A DNA stretch of 63,190 bases, the filler included, from Streblomastix strix (taxonomy: Eukaryota): NCBI GenBank assembly GCA_008636045.1. It is 4 parts of 4 records of this genome, joined end to end, with 100 filler letters (N's around TTAATTAATTAA, not from the genome) between each part and the next. Parts side by side here need not be neighbours in the genome. Positions count along the whole stretch, not along the records: positions 31,679 to 47,395 come from SNRW01000947.1; positions 47,496 to 63,190 come from SNRW01000949.1; 2 more parts are not named here. The stretch is one strand, 5' to 3'. Below, piece by piece: positions 37,601 through 51,899 of the stretch. The position numbers and the translations under genes were made by a program. Under the pieces are notes generated by a model that had not been told where the DNA came from, did no database searches, and was given only the letters and a program-made list of their open reading frames with translations. Every line of letters begins with the position of its first letter. Positions within the stretch are counted from its first letter, which is position 1.

Positions 37601-40600
37601 AATAAACTAGCGAACTTAATGTCGATCCCTTATTATTTATTCAGAATCATCTGTTATGGTGAGTTTAACTGAGAAAGTGCATTAGATGAAGCAGATCCAT
37701 CTGAATCTGCTGATGAATCTTCAGATATGTAAGTAAGAGAATCACGAAGTGTTTTTTTGTCTTATTTATGTTACTATGAAGAAGAAGAAGATGAAGAAGA
37801 TGAAGAAGAAGATGAAGATGTAGATATTGACTATTCAGTTGATGATTATGAAGTATGCCCATCAGAATACGATTCATATTCTCCATCAGATGACTACGGT
37901 GATGTCTATTAATTATCAGATGAAGCAGATTAAGATTAAGACAAAGAAGATCTTTGCAACTATTACTGATTCTGCTGCTGCAACTACGAGAAAAGCGACG
38001 ATTTCGCGATTTGCTGCCATTTCGACTGCGCACCGCTTTATCCAGCTCTGCCAATCTATCTCTCCTCAATAAACTTCTGGTATCTCTCCATCACTTTGTC
38101 GCTTGGTTAGTTCAAGTTGACCCCAAATCCAATGTTTGTGCTTTGTTGCCCAAATTGTCCTCGAGTCAGTGTCAGATTGTTTGGCATGACCATAATTGAG
38201 GCATTTCTCTTCATGCCGGCTTTAAGGGTTTGCGAGTCAAACGCTCTGAAGTTTGGAAGTATTGAGACTTGCGATTTTGCGACTTTCAATGTTTTCGAGT
38301 TGAAGAAGTTGGATTGTTTTTATTGTTATTGTAGTAATTCAACTGAATTCTGAAAATTTGGTTATTTCATTTACTGCAACTTAAAATCAATTGAACTATC
38401 GTCCTGCGCTATATCCTAATTAGATGCAGAACCAGCTTTGCCCAAAAACTAAGGCGATGATATCTACGGTTATGGTTTCTACAGAGCAAATGTCTGTGAT
38501 TTCAGTAATGGAGGAGGTTTTTTGGGAGATTTCTTTTCTAATGGTGGAGATAATGCACTACTTGTTTATGGAGGTGATGATGAAGGTTAGTTTGTGTGAG
38601 ATGATAATATATTAGGAAGAGGGGAAATGAGTGATTATTATAATTGTTGTTGTTATTATTGTATTTGTTGATGCGTGAATTATATATACTGATTGGCAAT
38701 TTATGAGATTTTGGATTCGTGGCCATCAGAATTTTTAAGGAAAATGGTTTATTACTATTATTACAATTATTGTTATTACAACAATAATTATTTCTACTTC
38801 AATCCTTGCTCTTCAATCAACTTCTGCTACTCTTCGTATTATTTCTTCTTGATCTCTTCTTCTTTCAATTCCTATAAAATCTGCTCTTTCTTTTTCTCAA
38901 TTTCCAAATCCCAATCTTTTTTCCTCTTTTCCCAAATAAGTTTTTCTTTCTTCAATTCTTCATCATCAACTTTTTCTTTCCATTTCATCAGTGCGAAAGA
39001 ACCGCATCTCGCTTTTGTGATCTCTGGTCTTGAAAATTGATCAAAATCTTTGTTGAGTGATTCTGCAGAAACTGGAATTCCTGTTTCTGTTTCTTTCGTG
39101 TCGTTTAATTTGTTGTTTTCTTTATCAGGTTCTGATGTATCATTTTCTTTTTGTTGTTTATCTTAATTTTTATCTTTTTCGCTTTTGCTTTATTCGTCAG
39201 TGCTTTCATTATTCTAAGATTTGAGTTTCTCAAAACAGTTTATGCAAAGTTTTTTCTTCAATTTTTCTTCTTATTTTTATTTCTTTAATGCGTCGGACTT
39301 CATCTGCTATTCAATATTCAGATTTTCATCGCTATTTTCTTCATCATCTTATTATTTATCCTTTTATTTGAGTCTTTCATTGAATTTATTTACACTTTCA
39401 CTAATCAAACTTTTCGTTTTAATCCAAGCAGGATCATTTTCATAATTATCTTACTGATTTAATGACTACAACATCTTCGACGATCTCAATTCCTTCCTAA
39501 TCTTCAGTCCATGGATCATAACAGGCGAATTCAGATCTTCATAGTCTGATTTCTTATTCCTCAGTTTTTGCACAGTCTTCGTTTTCTTCATTTGTGTGAT
39601 GGCCATCGCTGGTGGAGGCGCTGGATATAACATTGGTTAATTGAAAGGTGATGATAAAGCTGTTGGCATAAATGATTCAGAAAATGGGGAAAATTTGACT
39701 TATTTTCCAGATATCAGTTAATTTGGACTTTAATTTTATGGGGGTGAGAGCTGTTGTAAGGATTGAGATAATATTTGGTGTTATTTACTGATATTCTGGT
39801 GCTAACTTTCATAATCAACAACTTCAAGTTCATTAACAAATGGTAAGTTCTCATCTTGTTCATCAATTTATTCGATTGAATTTAGAGTTTGGTTTGATCC
39901 ACTAAAATGAACTTATGATAGTTTATTATCTACACGATGATTCATTATTGATCCTACAGCAACTGTGCTTGATTTTACCATACCATCATATTTCTATTAA
40001 CCAGCTTATGAATCTTTTTTAGCATTATTTATTTTATCACTAATCTTTTTGGGTTTATTTCCCTTCTTCTTTTATTTCGAATTATCCAAATTAATCCTCC
40101 ATTTCTTAGATTTCTTCGGTGGGACTGATTTTGATTATCGAATCATCTTCAGCATCTCATCAGGTTCCAGAAGCTGATCAATCATTCCCATCATTTAAGC
40201 TCTTTATTTATGCCGTATTTCAACTGTTTTGCTTTATTTTCTGGGTTATTAATTTTGCTGATTTTTTTCGTTATTTTTAGTTTTCTTATCTTCGGGAGTT
40301 TTGTCTTCAATTTGGTATAATCTGGACATTGACTGTGTTCCTGCACGTTGAAGCATGCTTTTAAATCTGCCTGGTAAACCTTTATGTTATAATGAACTAT
40401 CTGCAGTTGATATTCTTGAATTCTGCAGTTCTTTTTCAACTATCTCTTTCACTTTGTTGATAATTTCGCTTGAATCAGCATTATTTGATTGGTTGTTATT
40501 ATCTTATTATTCATTTTTATTGTCCAATTCACTACTGTTCCTATCAGAGTTACTATCACTGCTCGAACTTTCTGCAATCTAAATTGGAATTCTAATATTT

Positions 40601-43600
40601 GAATCACTCGAATCACTTCCTTATTCTTTTATTTGACTTTCTATTAATTATTATTATTCTTATAATTATTCTTATTCTTTCTCTAATTATTCCTATTCTT
40701 ACTTCTCTTCCAGATCATTTTCAATCTCCAATGCATTATCTACATCTTATTCTTGTTCTTATTCATCTTCATCCAATTCATATTCACCATTTTCATTCAA
40801 TCTGATTTCTGTGTGTTTGAGGAAATCCATTCCAACATTCTCATCTGGCGCTTCAAAGCAGATGTTGTGCGCTGCTAATGCAAACTTGGTGTTCAGACCG
40901 ACACCTGATTGAATGATTAATATATTTGTAATAGGAAATGAATGAATGATAATAATAAAAATGAACTAATGATATAATAATATGAATGAATGAAATAATA
41001 AATATATTTACTATTTCATTAGTAATATACCTAAGCTTTATACTAATGTTGGATAATCCAATGGATATTAACTCTACTAATTGTAATCATAATCATCATA
41101 AAATCCTTAATCATCAAATTATTAATCATTTGATTGTTATTCTCCATCAACTTATTATTATTCTTAATTTTATTGATTTTGTCCATTTTATTCGTTTTCT
41201 TAATTATTTTATTTATTTTCTTCTTCTTCAGACATTTTGTCGTCTTAATCTTCTTATTCTTCAGCTAATTTGGACAATTTAGATGAAAGTTATTTAATAT
41301 CAAACAATGGTTAAGGTGCTTCATTATTATTCATATTTTGGTTTAAATTTTAATTCTAATTCTAATTTTAATTTTATATTAAATTTTTCTTCAAATTCTT
41401 ATTCTATGCCATTTTGCTTATAAATTATTCTCTTTTCTCTTTTTCAACCATCAAAGACCTGAATTTCTCCAATTCTTATTCTTCTTCTTTTTATTTCTAT
41501 ATTTCTTCTTATTTGATTCTTTCTCTTTCTTTTTCTCTTTCTAAATCTCTTTCTTTTTATTATTCAATTTCTTCTGCTGATTTCTCTTCTAATGAATAAT
41601 ATAGTCGTTGTTCTTGTTATTGATCTTATGAATAATCTCTGTCAAATGAATCATTGTTATTTGATGCAAAATAATCTTCATTTCCAGTATCAAAATTAGT
41701 AAATTCATTATTGTTATTATTGTTACTATTATACTGATTCAATTACTCTTATTATTCAACTGGTGGTGGTGCTTCAAATATTGGATTAATAACAATGCAT
41801 TATAGATCTCTGAAGTCTACATGTTCCAATACTGATAATTCAGATGGTGCAGCGCTCAGTTTCGGTAATGGAGGTGCAAGTGAAGGATCATTATTGAATG
41901 GATTTAGTGAGTCGGTTGATTAGTATTAATCAAATTGATCAAATTATTGTTAAGAATCTGTCGAATTCTGCGAGTTCTGAGTTTACGACAGATTAGATTG
42001 ATCCTGATTACCAGCAACAGACACATTAGGCGAATTTGAAGCATTTGAATTCGGATCAATGAAAATCGGAGGTGAACTTGGCCTAGAATCGCTCAATGAA
42101 TGTCCAGATGGACTACTTGGTGGGGTTTAACTTATAAAGGATAATCTCATCTGCGAATTTGATGGACTCAATTACTGCACACTGTTTTGTGCTGTTAGTG
42201 ATTATAACGGAACTGTGGTTGATAGAATCTTTGGTTGTTGTTTGACGTAATCTCTTTCTTTGTTGATTTCTGGGTTGAAAGGATCATTATTATTATTGTT
42301 ATTATTATTGTTATTATTTGTTAATATATTACTCTTCTATTATTCAGTATTGATTATCTCAATTTCTTTACCGCATTCTTTGCAGATCCTTTTTTTAGTT
42401 GTTTTGTTGCTTTTCTTTTTCTTGCTTTTCTTCTTCTTCTTTTTCTTATGTTTTTGTTATTATTTGAGATTTTCATTTTATTGTTCTTATTCATCTTAAT
42501 CAATATTATTATTATTATCATCATATGAAAAGTCTGAGCTGATATTCTTCAGTTTGCTATTCGATTTATGAATTTAATTTTATTATTGAGGAATTTTATC
42601 TGAAGTTTCTTACAATAATCTTGATTGTGAAATTTGAGATGTTCCAGACATTGATAATTTATATAATCTTTTACTTGTATTTTATTTGGTTATAAAAGGT
42701 TGTTTGTGTAATGAAAGTGGTTTATTTTGACTATCTGATTAATTATCTTCATTTTTCTATTAATATTAATTTCCATCTTCTTAAATTTTCGCTAATTTAT
42801 TCATTTCATCTTTTTTAGCTTTTTTCTTTATTTTTGAATCAAGTTGCTTCTGCCATCGAATCAGCAATTTTTTATTCTTTTTATGGCTTTTCTCTCTTTT
42901 CTTCTTAATTACCTCCAATTTCTGCTATTCTTTCAATTTCACTATTTCGCGCGCTTTTAAAAGTTTTTCTTCTTATTTTTGGAGTTTTTCCAGTTCCGCT
43001 TCTTTTTTTCGCTCAAATTCTTTCATTTTCTCGATTTTCTCTTTGAATTTCGCATGCGGATGCTGAACTACAAGTAATGTCGGTTCTTACGCCAATATCT
43101 GCTGTGCTTTGTCGATCAGCTGTAATATAAGACGATGAGGTATAATATATTCCCCTAATTTGAATACAAGAGCTGGATTTCCAAATAAACCATGATATTG
43201 ATTCCGCTTAGATCGAATATACTCAAGTAATGCTAATATGAATTTATCACTGACTTTAGTTTCTAAATCTCCATTTGATGCGGATGAACCTGATTATTGA
43301 TTTAATATCTTATGTTAATCAGTCCTTTCATTTGTATCATTATTTTCAGTGTCTTAATAATCTTCTAATTTTGGTCCAATGTAATCTTTTGGATATTCGA
43401 TATTCCGCCAATCTGGAATATCAGGGGTTTTCTCTTAACCTCGTGTGAGAAGGTTCATGAGTGTTATCTCGGCTATAGCTTCCTGATATATTAAATTTGT
43501 ATTGATTGATATTAAATATATGATGAAAATATTATTTAAAAAAAAGTAATAATAGTAAAATATTTGAAAATAAAATCAAATTATTACAGATTATGTAGAT

Positions 43601-44252
43601 TGTTAATCATACCTAGCAGACTTTCAGACGTTCCATACCAACTCTGGAATCGGGTGCTAGAAAAGCTACTTTTCTGTAACAATTAGAATCCAATTTTTAA
43701 TGAAAATAATATGGAAAAAATTTAATAATAAATATTACCTGAAGTCTGTTAGTCCTTCTTGGAAGTGACGAAGACCTATATAAATATATTAAACATAAAG
43801 GAGTAATATATAAATGCAAAAAATTATACCAAGATGAGCGATTCCTCTGCGGTAGTACGCCTAATTGAGCAATTAAGAAAAAAATTCAAAGCTTATTATC
43901 ATTACAATCTAATGTAAAAAAATGTAAACCTTTACATAATTCTGATCTATATTTATTGCATAATCAGCATCATCAAGAGCCTTCTAATATTATTCTAGCC
44001 GCGTGTAGCAGAGTGCGCGATTCGCAAATAGCACTGTCAGCTCATGTGCAGAAGCTTCACATTACTCAAGAATATCGATACTTTAAGAGTATTTGTCTAT
44101 CGCGCGTAAGTATTGGTGCTCTGTATTTAATGTAATAAGAAAAACTTGGATATGAGCGAAAAACATTCAGAAGGTCATATCACACTGGAAAAGAGTGTGT
44201 TGCCTTCCTACTTAAATGAATCAGCCCTTTTTATTTCATCCAATGTATTCAT
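34660..44252 (-). CDS. PPP5: PP5-like Ser/Thr protein phosphatase (TPR + PPP catalytic domain) with very large low-complexity insertions
   Basis: TPR FKQEGNTLF...FANRALCY...YVKAYYRRGIAH; linker IEYPKDYIGPKLE; catalytic LIRGNHE, LPLAAHIN, ICHGG, ILWSDP, SERGSGNLFG, IIRSHQMKMEGF, GRCLTVFSAPNYCGISGNKGA. GDxHG and GDxVDRG were not seen and are expected in the N gap 37110-37209. Confidence 0.88.
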
Positions 44253-44688
44253 TATGTTTATTTACTGTTTGGAATTAGGCAAGTAGAGATATGATTCTTA
44301 AAAATTTTATAAATTAATTAATAGAAATTAGTTAAATATCAAATTCTTTCTATTATTTCAAATTTATTCACATTAAATTTTAGTAATATTAAATTCAAAT
44401 TCTTAAAAATTTATTAATCCAATAAAAATTTTCAAACAATTTAAAAAAATTTATTGTTTATTTTTATTACTCATTTTAATCTAAGTGATATTAATAAATA
44501 AGATATCAGCGTCCTTGTAATGTTGACCAATTATTTATTTTATCTTTGAAGTGTACACTCTGATGTATGATTAAAAGAACATGATCAAAGTAAGACAGAA
44601 GGAAAGAATAAGAACAATTTGGTGAAATTTATTTCATTTTGATTTTTATCTTTTATATTAATTTCGGTGAATTACTGTTTCATCCTCT

Positions 44689-46953
44689 TCACCACTGCAC
44701 AGCTTATTCACTTGCAACATAACCAGAAGTTGGTGCTTCAAGTTTATTTAATGATCGAATTAGACAGGATGAACCAGCCCAATACATGTGAACCTGAAAA
44801 TATATTTAATGATGAAAATGAAAATATAAAATTTGCTATAATAAACATTCTCAAACTATGAATCTCACTTTATCTTTGATTCCTGAAATGTAAACTGGTT
44901 ACTGTTTGCCATCAACAAAGAATATCAATGTGCTTTAATATGAGTCATATTCCATTTTGATAATTTGATTGATGGAAAATGGTGAATTTCCTGCTGTTTA
45001 AGTTCCTTTATAAAAAACATTGCCTTATGGATACCAACCACTATTCAAATAAAAGTTGATTTAAATATAAATAAATAAATAAGAATTTATTTATACTTTC
45101 CTGACATGAATGCAATATGTTAACCATCTAAAAAAATGAATGAAAAAATTAATATTTTTGAAATAAAAGTTAAATAGCAAACGAGGATTTACAAATGGAT
45201 TAGTACTAGCAGGAATGATATATGTATCTCTCACTATGCCAAAACCTGATTATTTAAATATAAAACATTAATATTTTTATTTAAAAAATAAAACTTTCAA
45301 ACATCCAGTTAGATCTGATGTATTATTGAACTCAGCTTCAAATGACCAGATTCCATCTTCTAATACTTGGATCAGTGAAACTGTGTTGTATTTAGTTTAC
45401 TTCTTACTTATTCTCTTCATCGTACCATCAACATCAGACAATTCAAAATCAGTTAGATCTGAATTATGGATTTCTATTTGTAGATCTGAAATAAATAATG
45501 AATAATTATAAAATTAAAAATAAAAATATTTAAATTAGTTAAAATTGGAATAATATTTCTTTTTAAAATAAATGATTAATTAAACCTAGTGTACTAACGA
45601 TTTTTAAGAATCTGGAATGATTCTTTAAATTAAGAGTTTTCTTATTCACTCCAACAAATTGTACTGCATCAAGAATATTTCTCATCTCTGATATAATATC
45701 CATCAAAATATCTTATCCTACTCCAGTTAATCCATTCATTATATTATATTCATGAGGTATCACTATAAAACGTATTTTATGTATAATAAGTAATTAAGTA
45801 ATTAAGTAAGAAATGAAAAATTAAAATAAATAAAATTATAAATTTAAATGAAATAAGAATAATGAATATTAATACCTTAAGGATATTCAACTTTGATTTT
45901 CTCAATTTCTTTTATCAATTTGATATTTTCTGTTTACAATGTTTCGCTTTCTTCATCTTTAACTTTGTTTGATTTTTCCAAATATTGAATCTGTTCATCT
46001 TTTTATTTTGATGTTTCAGATGATGGAGCATTGATTCATTTTGAGTTCAAAATTGCCAAAATATTTTCTGATTTCTTCTTTAATTATTTTTCTCCATTGT
46101 TTTTCAATTTATTCAGAATTTGAATCAGGATTGAAGTTGGTTGAAGATCGTCACATACTGTAACTAATTTATTAATTATATCAAGAAGTTCAGATTTCAC
46201 ATGATAAGGTGTTGTGCTTTCTATCTGTGAGGAAGAAGATGATTATTATTTATTTGTGAATGCTTGCTGAACTTTTTGGATGAATCCAGTCGTCATCAGT
46301 GAATTTCGGATTATTTCATTTTCTTCAATTAGGTCAAAAAGTGCTTTGCTTCCTGAATTTGATGATTTTTCATCTGGAGACTGAATATAAAAATTAAAAT
46401 AAAATAGAAATGTAAGTAAAATAAGATTAATATACAAATATTGTCGGTATAATTGATTCAGTTACAACTCCTGCAAGAATATTTTTGTCATCACTTCCAT
46501 TTCGAACTCCAATAACATGTGAGATTGTTGTACTCAGAACCTGATAAACAAATAATATAAAAATTATAAAATAATAAAATAAAAACAAACAAATTCTTCA
46601 TTATTTTCAACATTTCCAACAAATTTGTTCAGTAAAGGCATCAATTTGTATTTCGACGACAACTCTTTGTTTTCACAATCTTAAATCAGTAAAAAGAAAT
46701 GAATATCAGAATAATGAAGTATAATAATTATATAATACTATCTAATATAATATCCAAGAGTTGTCTAAGAGCAGGAGCATGAAGATTTGTGTTATTATAT
46801 TCGAGATCTTAAATTAATCGAGGAATAATTGTCTGAAAAATAAATAAAATTAGAAATATGGAAGAATATATGAAATATGCAAACCTCTACATCAGAACCA
46901 GTTATTGAAACAGATTATTCAGTTAAATTAGGATGATAAGTTGATTTCTCCAT
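44689..46953 (-). pseudogene. Multi-exon gene for a protein with helical ARM-like N-terminus and SPRY/B30.2-like C-terminus; one in-frame TGA
   Basis: MEKSTYHPN...LHAPALRQLLDIIL...SPDEKSSNSGSKALFDLIEEN...; C-terminal VLEDGIWSFEAEF, FGIVRD, IKMEYDSYQSTLIFFVDGKQQPVYISGI, EQAVQW*; TGA at 46036-46038 (NSK*INAP). Confidence 0.7.
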
Positions 46954-47395
46954 CTAATAAAGGAAATATGATGAAAGCAAAGTTAAAAAAAAATAAATTT
47001 GAAATATATCACAGTAGATATCAAAGTATTAAAGATATGTAAATTATTATTTGAAAATAAAAAATTAAATATAAATAAAATGTTAATGAATGAAAAATAA
47101 ATAGTTTTGAAGGTACAGGAATAATTTTTAGAAACTTTATTTCATTTGTCAAATTAGAAGGGTATAAAAGAGCAAATATGATTTATTGGATAAAATTATA
47201 ACCACTAACGTGATTATTTAAGCAACCACTTAGATTTGGAGCTCCCATTTATTTTAGAGACTGTCAGCCAAGCAGTATGGGCCAGTCAACAAAACAGGCA
47301 ATTGTTCACGAATGCGCGACGAAAAGGAGACACCACCCCCCTCACCACAACCAGTTGTGTATGGTTAAGGTCCTATCAATACTATTATCGACACT

Positions 47396-47495
47396 NNNNN
47401 NNNNNNNNNNNNNNNNNNNNNNNNNNNNNNNNNNNNNNNTTAATTAATTAANNNNNNNNNNNNNNNNNNNNNNNNNNNNNNNNNNNNNNNNNNNN
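47396..47495. other. Artificial scaffold-joining spacer
   Basis: 44 N + TTAATTAATTAA + 44 N. Confidence 0.97.
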
Positions 47496-47496
47496 C

Positions 47497-49731
47497 TAAT
47501 TCATAAAATAAATACACAACACAAACTGTATAAAAATAATGAAATAATTATATGGAACAAGATAAGAAATGATTGGATAAGCAGAAATTAAAATTATTAA
47601 AGGAGGAGATGCTTCAATTGTAGAAAATGATTAAAAAGGATGGATATCAGCAATAGGAGGATTAGAACTAAGAATGTATGGAATCAAAATCATAACAGAT
47701 TAATCAAAAATCACAATCCCAATAATTTATATTGAAGATTCTAACTCGTTATTGGAACTTAACACAATTACATTCTCTGAAATAAAACTATCCCCAAAAG
47801 ATAATCCAAAAGGAATTGTTCATATTAATGCTGATAATTCATAATTTGTTGCATAAAACTGTATATTTGAAGAAATCAATATTGAAGGATCATCAGGAAA
47901 TGCTATTCGATTAGAGAATAATGCAAATTCAAGAATAACAGCCACCATAACAAATTGTTAGTTCAATAACATCAAGAGTATTGGTGATTCGAATGGGCAA
48001 GGAGGAAGTGCTCTCTTTGCAAAATTAAGAGATTAAAGTTCATTAATAATTGATAATAATTGTTAATTTATATAATGCATCAGTAATAAAGGGAATGGAG
48101 GTGCTTTATTTATTGATATTGATTTTGAATCTGAATTTGAATTCAAGATTAATGATGGATTGATAAAAGACTGTCATGCATTATCAGAATAATCAGGATC
48201 AGAAAATTCTCTTAGTGGATATGGAGGAGGAATCTTCCTTACTGGAAATGGAGATTATAATGCATAATCTGAAAAGCTTGATTTGCATGGAATGAAGATC
48301 TTGGATAATTCTGCATCGAACAGTGGATAAAGTTTATTTGTAGCAATGACTCAATTAAAAGAATTGTGCCGATATGGAATAAATGGACAATATGTTAAAG
48401 GAGACTATGATGATTAAACATCAAATTTAAATGAACTCTAAGGAATTCCACTAGATTTTAATAATTTCAAAGATCTTTCTTCTAAATAAATTTAATAATA
48501 ATAAAATCATCTTCAATATTATTGGAGCTAGATAGTTATTCTAACTGGTGCAATTGCTGTTATAAATGAGTCAAATGCAAACTAACCAATTTAATTTACG
48601 TTTGAAGGACAAAATTTGATTGCTGGAAAATTTTGCGTGAAGTTCGTTGAATATGAAAATGAATTATAATTGAATAATATAAATTAAATAAATGGAAAGA
48701 ATTAATAGTCAAATTAAATATTAACTAAATATAAAAGAATAAATAATATGAAGATATCATCATAATTCATCTAAAGTAGAATTAATTCTAGTGAATAAAT
48801 CAATAAAGAAAAGGTATTACTTAGAGATGAAGCATTTGAATTTATATAACCACCAGAAGAAAACACAAATAATCCAATTAATATCATTGGCGATTAATAA
48901 AGCAATCAAAGTGCAACTTTTGAGATGGTTTAACAAGATTGGTTTGATTATAAATACAAATAATATGGAATACTCGCATCAAATGAAAGAAGGATTTTTA
49001 CTGGGACTGATGGAAAAATTGGAGAATCTATTCTTCTTGATATAAGAATTGAATTTGATGATGATTAAACTTAAAGTGAATCAATAGAAGAATAATAATC
49101 AGATTCAACAGAAAAACCTAAATTTCCTTGGTGGATAATATTACTCATTGTTTTAATGGCATTTATAGCTGTTGCTTTAATAACAAGTTGCTTGTACTTT
49201 TGTTTCTGTAGAAGAAATAAAAAAAATCAATAAGATGATAATGAAAAAAGAAGAAGATAATTAATTGTTGATTATAATTAAATTAAAACTAATTCTGATA
49301 TATTTAAAAAATCCAAAGTTGAATTAGAAAGGATTATGAATAATCCAAATTAAATTTAATAATAATAATAATCAACTTCATTTTAATCTTCATATGAATA
49401 ATCATCATCTTAATCATCTTCATAATCAAATTCATTTAAAATATCACTAAAGAAATTTTCAGCTCCCTATATAGCCATATCTTCATAATTATCCACTGAT
49501 TCTCATTCTTCAACTCAATAAGTTCAAAACTCTTATCTTGAAGCTCAATATTTAGATTCAAATAAATAAAATCCAGAATAATAATATTCAAATTAGTCAA
49601 TGAATGAAAGATTATTGGGTACTCCTGGAACAAATGCAAGATAAAATTAAAGATAAATTGTTAGTTCAGAAATAAATTAAGATGAAATTAAGAAAGAAGT
49701 TAATCAAAATAGAAACAATTCTAAATTTTGA
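47497..49731 (+). CDS. 5'-truncated Pmp-like / beta-helix type I membrane protein
   Basis: Continuous frame with TAR=Q: NCIFEE, NCQFNN, GQGGSALF, CQFIQC..GNGGALFI, GYGGGIFL; TM FPWWIILLIVLMAFIAVALITSCLYFCFC followed by RRNKK; TGA 49729-49731. Confidence 0.85.
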
Positions 49732-50386
49732 GAAATCGTATAAATGAAAGATAATAATTATATATTGTTGATAAAGAAATAACTTCAACATCATTTTAAT
49801 GTAATTTGTCTTGTTTTATTTATATTCTATAATTTTAACTCTTCTAATTTTATTATATTTATTAAACTCATTTTAATAATAGATTTATTTTAAATTTAAT
49901 TTAATAATAGTTTTATTTAAATTAAAATTTTTCATTGATACATTTGAAATGAAAATAGAATGAAAAATTTTAATAAGATCATAATAATTATTATATTAAT
50001 AGAATAACATTTCAAAGATATTTACTATGATTTATGCACAACATAATTTTTGATAAAATCTTATTATTATTAAACTTTATTATTAGCAATATAAAATTTT
50101 TGTTGTAATTTTTTTTGATTTGATATTAAAATTTAGAAGAGTGATATAATTTTGTATAACTAATAATTATTATTAATCATTTTTTTGTGATTAAACTGGT
50201 TTAAGATTCAATTTGAGCTTTAATGATTATATTCCAATATAATTCATGTCATTTGAAAATTAAGAATTTTTTGTATATAAATTTATTTTTTTACTTTATT
50301 TTTTTGTACTTAATTAAATATGGGATATCATAATTGTTTATTTTCCACTACACCCTAAATTTTAAGATAGTTAGAGTATTATTTAT

Positions 50387-50441
50387 ATTTTGCTACTATT
50401 TTGCTACTATTTTGCTACTATTTTGCTACTATTTTGCTACT
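50387..50441. repeat. 11-bp tandem repeat, 5 copies
   Basis: (attttgctact)5. Confidence 0.9.
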
Positions 50442-51899
50442 ATTTTTCTAATTTTTTCATTCATCATTTCATTTAAATAATAATTTAATAATAAATTGAT
50501 ATATGACCAGTGGTCAATTTAAGGAAAAAAGATAGTCTGCTTTTGACAAAAAATGTTCTGCTATTTGACCAAAAGTTAGTCTGCAATTGACATGTTAGGA
50601 CTATCCATAGTCAGCCAGTACTAAAAATAAAATTGCCAACCAGGTAAAACAGTTTTGCCAATTTATTATGAAAAAATAAAAAAAAGAAAAATTGCTGTAA
50701 TAAATAAAAAAAGTCATTTAATAGCAAAACTAGAAGTATATTTATAGTCTAATAGAATTTATATTATGAAATATGATATAATTATAGGTATGCATGAAAA
50801 ATGTCTAAAAATTGGTTTTTAGCGGACGGATATGCGGAAAGTCCGCGGATGGCTTTTAAGTTGTAAATTTAATGTTAAAATTATTGTATAATATATTAAT
50901 ATCATTTTCAATCGAATTTGAGCAGACACATTGCATTTTTGCATTTTTCTTTTGATTCACTTTTTTATCACACTAATCAACAAATTTCATATTTATTTAT
51001 TTATTTTTAACTTAAATTAATGCATTTAAATGTATTTATAAAATTTGAATTAAAATTTTTGATTAACAATACTTTTTCAAATTATAATATTTATTAATTC
51101 AATTCCTCGCATTTTAAGTTAATTTTTATATTTATATTTAATACGTTCTTTCAAGGATTTTCTACTAACTAAAGTATCTATTTTAAAATGTAAAAAATAA
51201 TAAATTTGGTAGATTTATTGATTTATTTGTTTTTCTAATGTCAGACTTTACTTGGCGAAATGACATCAAAAGGCAATTTATTTAGATAGTCTACAAGTAT
51301 TTGTGTCTATATGCTAATTGGAGACCCAAAAGTGTTCCAATATGATTATATTAATGTCTTGATGTTGGAGATTTAAGAGATGAATGTACAAAATGAATTT
51401 TCTATGCATAAGATTCGGAAGATAATTTAACAGATTCTTCAAACAAGAATTTCTGATTGTAATAGTATTTAAGAATGTTACAATGCTTCAACGGAAGTAT
51501 TAACGAACATACCAATTGATTTATATGATTGAATTGTTGATGATCCGAGGAAGAAATGGAACTTAACGTAATTTACGTATAATAAAAACAATCAATCATT
51601 TTAATAATAAAATCATAAGTTATTTTTTTTATTTTGCAATTGTCATTTGACTTGATTTCCCTTTACTATTTGATCTGCTTTATGGATTCTTTAATTATCC
51701 ATTCGAAGTATTTCTATCTATGGAAGATTAACCTACAGACATCTATGCTGTTTTACCTTCATCAATTGCAGTTAACTGGGTTTTAACGTTTGATATAACT
51801 TTAACGACATTTGATATTTCGTACTCTCCAACATGTGGTTCTCTGGAAGCGGATTATTTGAGAGAAGGATTTTCAGCTTATTTACTATTTTCAACTTTT

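Noticed and set aside
46036..46038. In-frame TGA as possible selenocysteine or readthrough (also 62752)
   Set aside because: No redox-motif context and no evidence for a SECIS. Nonsense mutation in a multicopy family is the simpler explanation
47250..47395. GC-richer stretch at the scaffold end, possible RNA gene or element terminus
   Set aside because: No tRNA or rRNA fold recognised and no matching partner in the window; truncated
15743..47495. Three identical TTAATTAATTAA motifs in N runs at ~15.8 kb spacing
   Set aside because: Artificial linkers. Scaffold lengths 15742, 15736, 15717 and 15695 are simply size-sorted, so no linkage should be inferred across them
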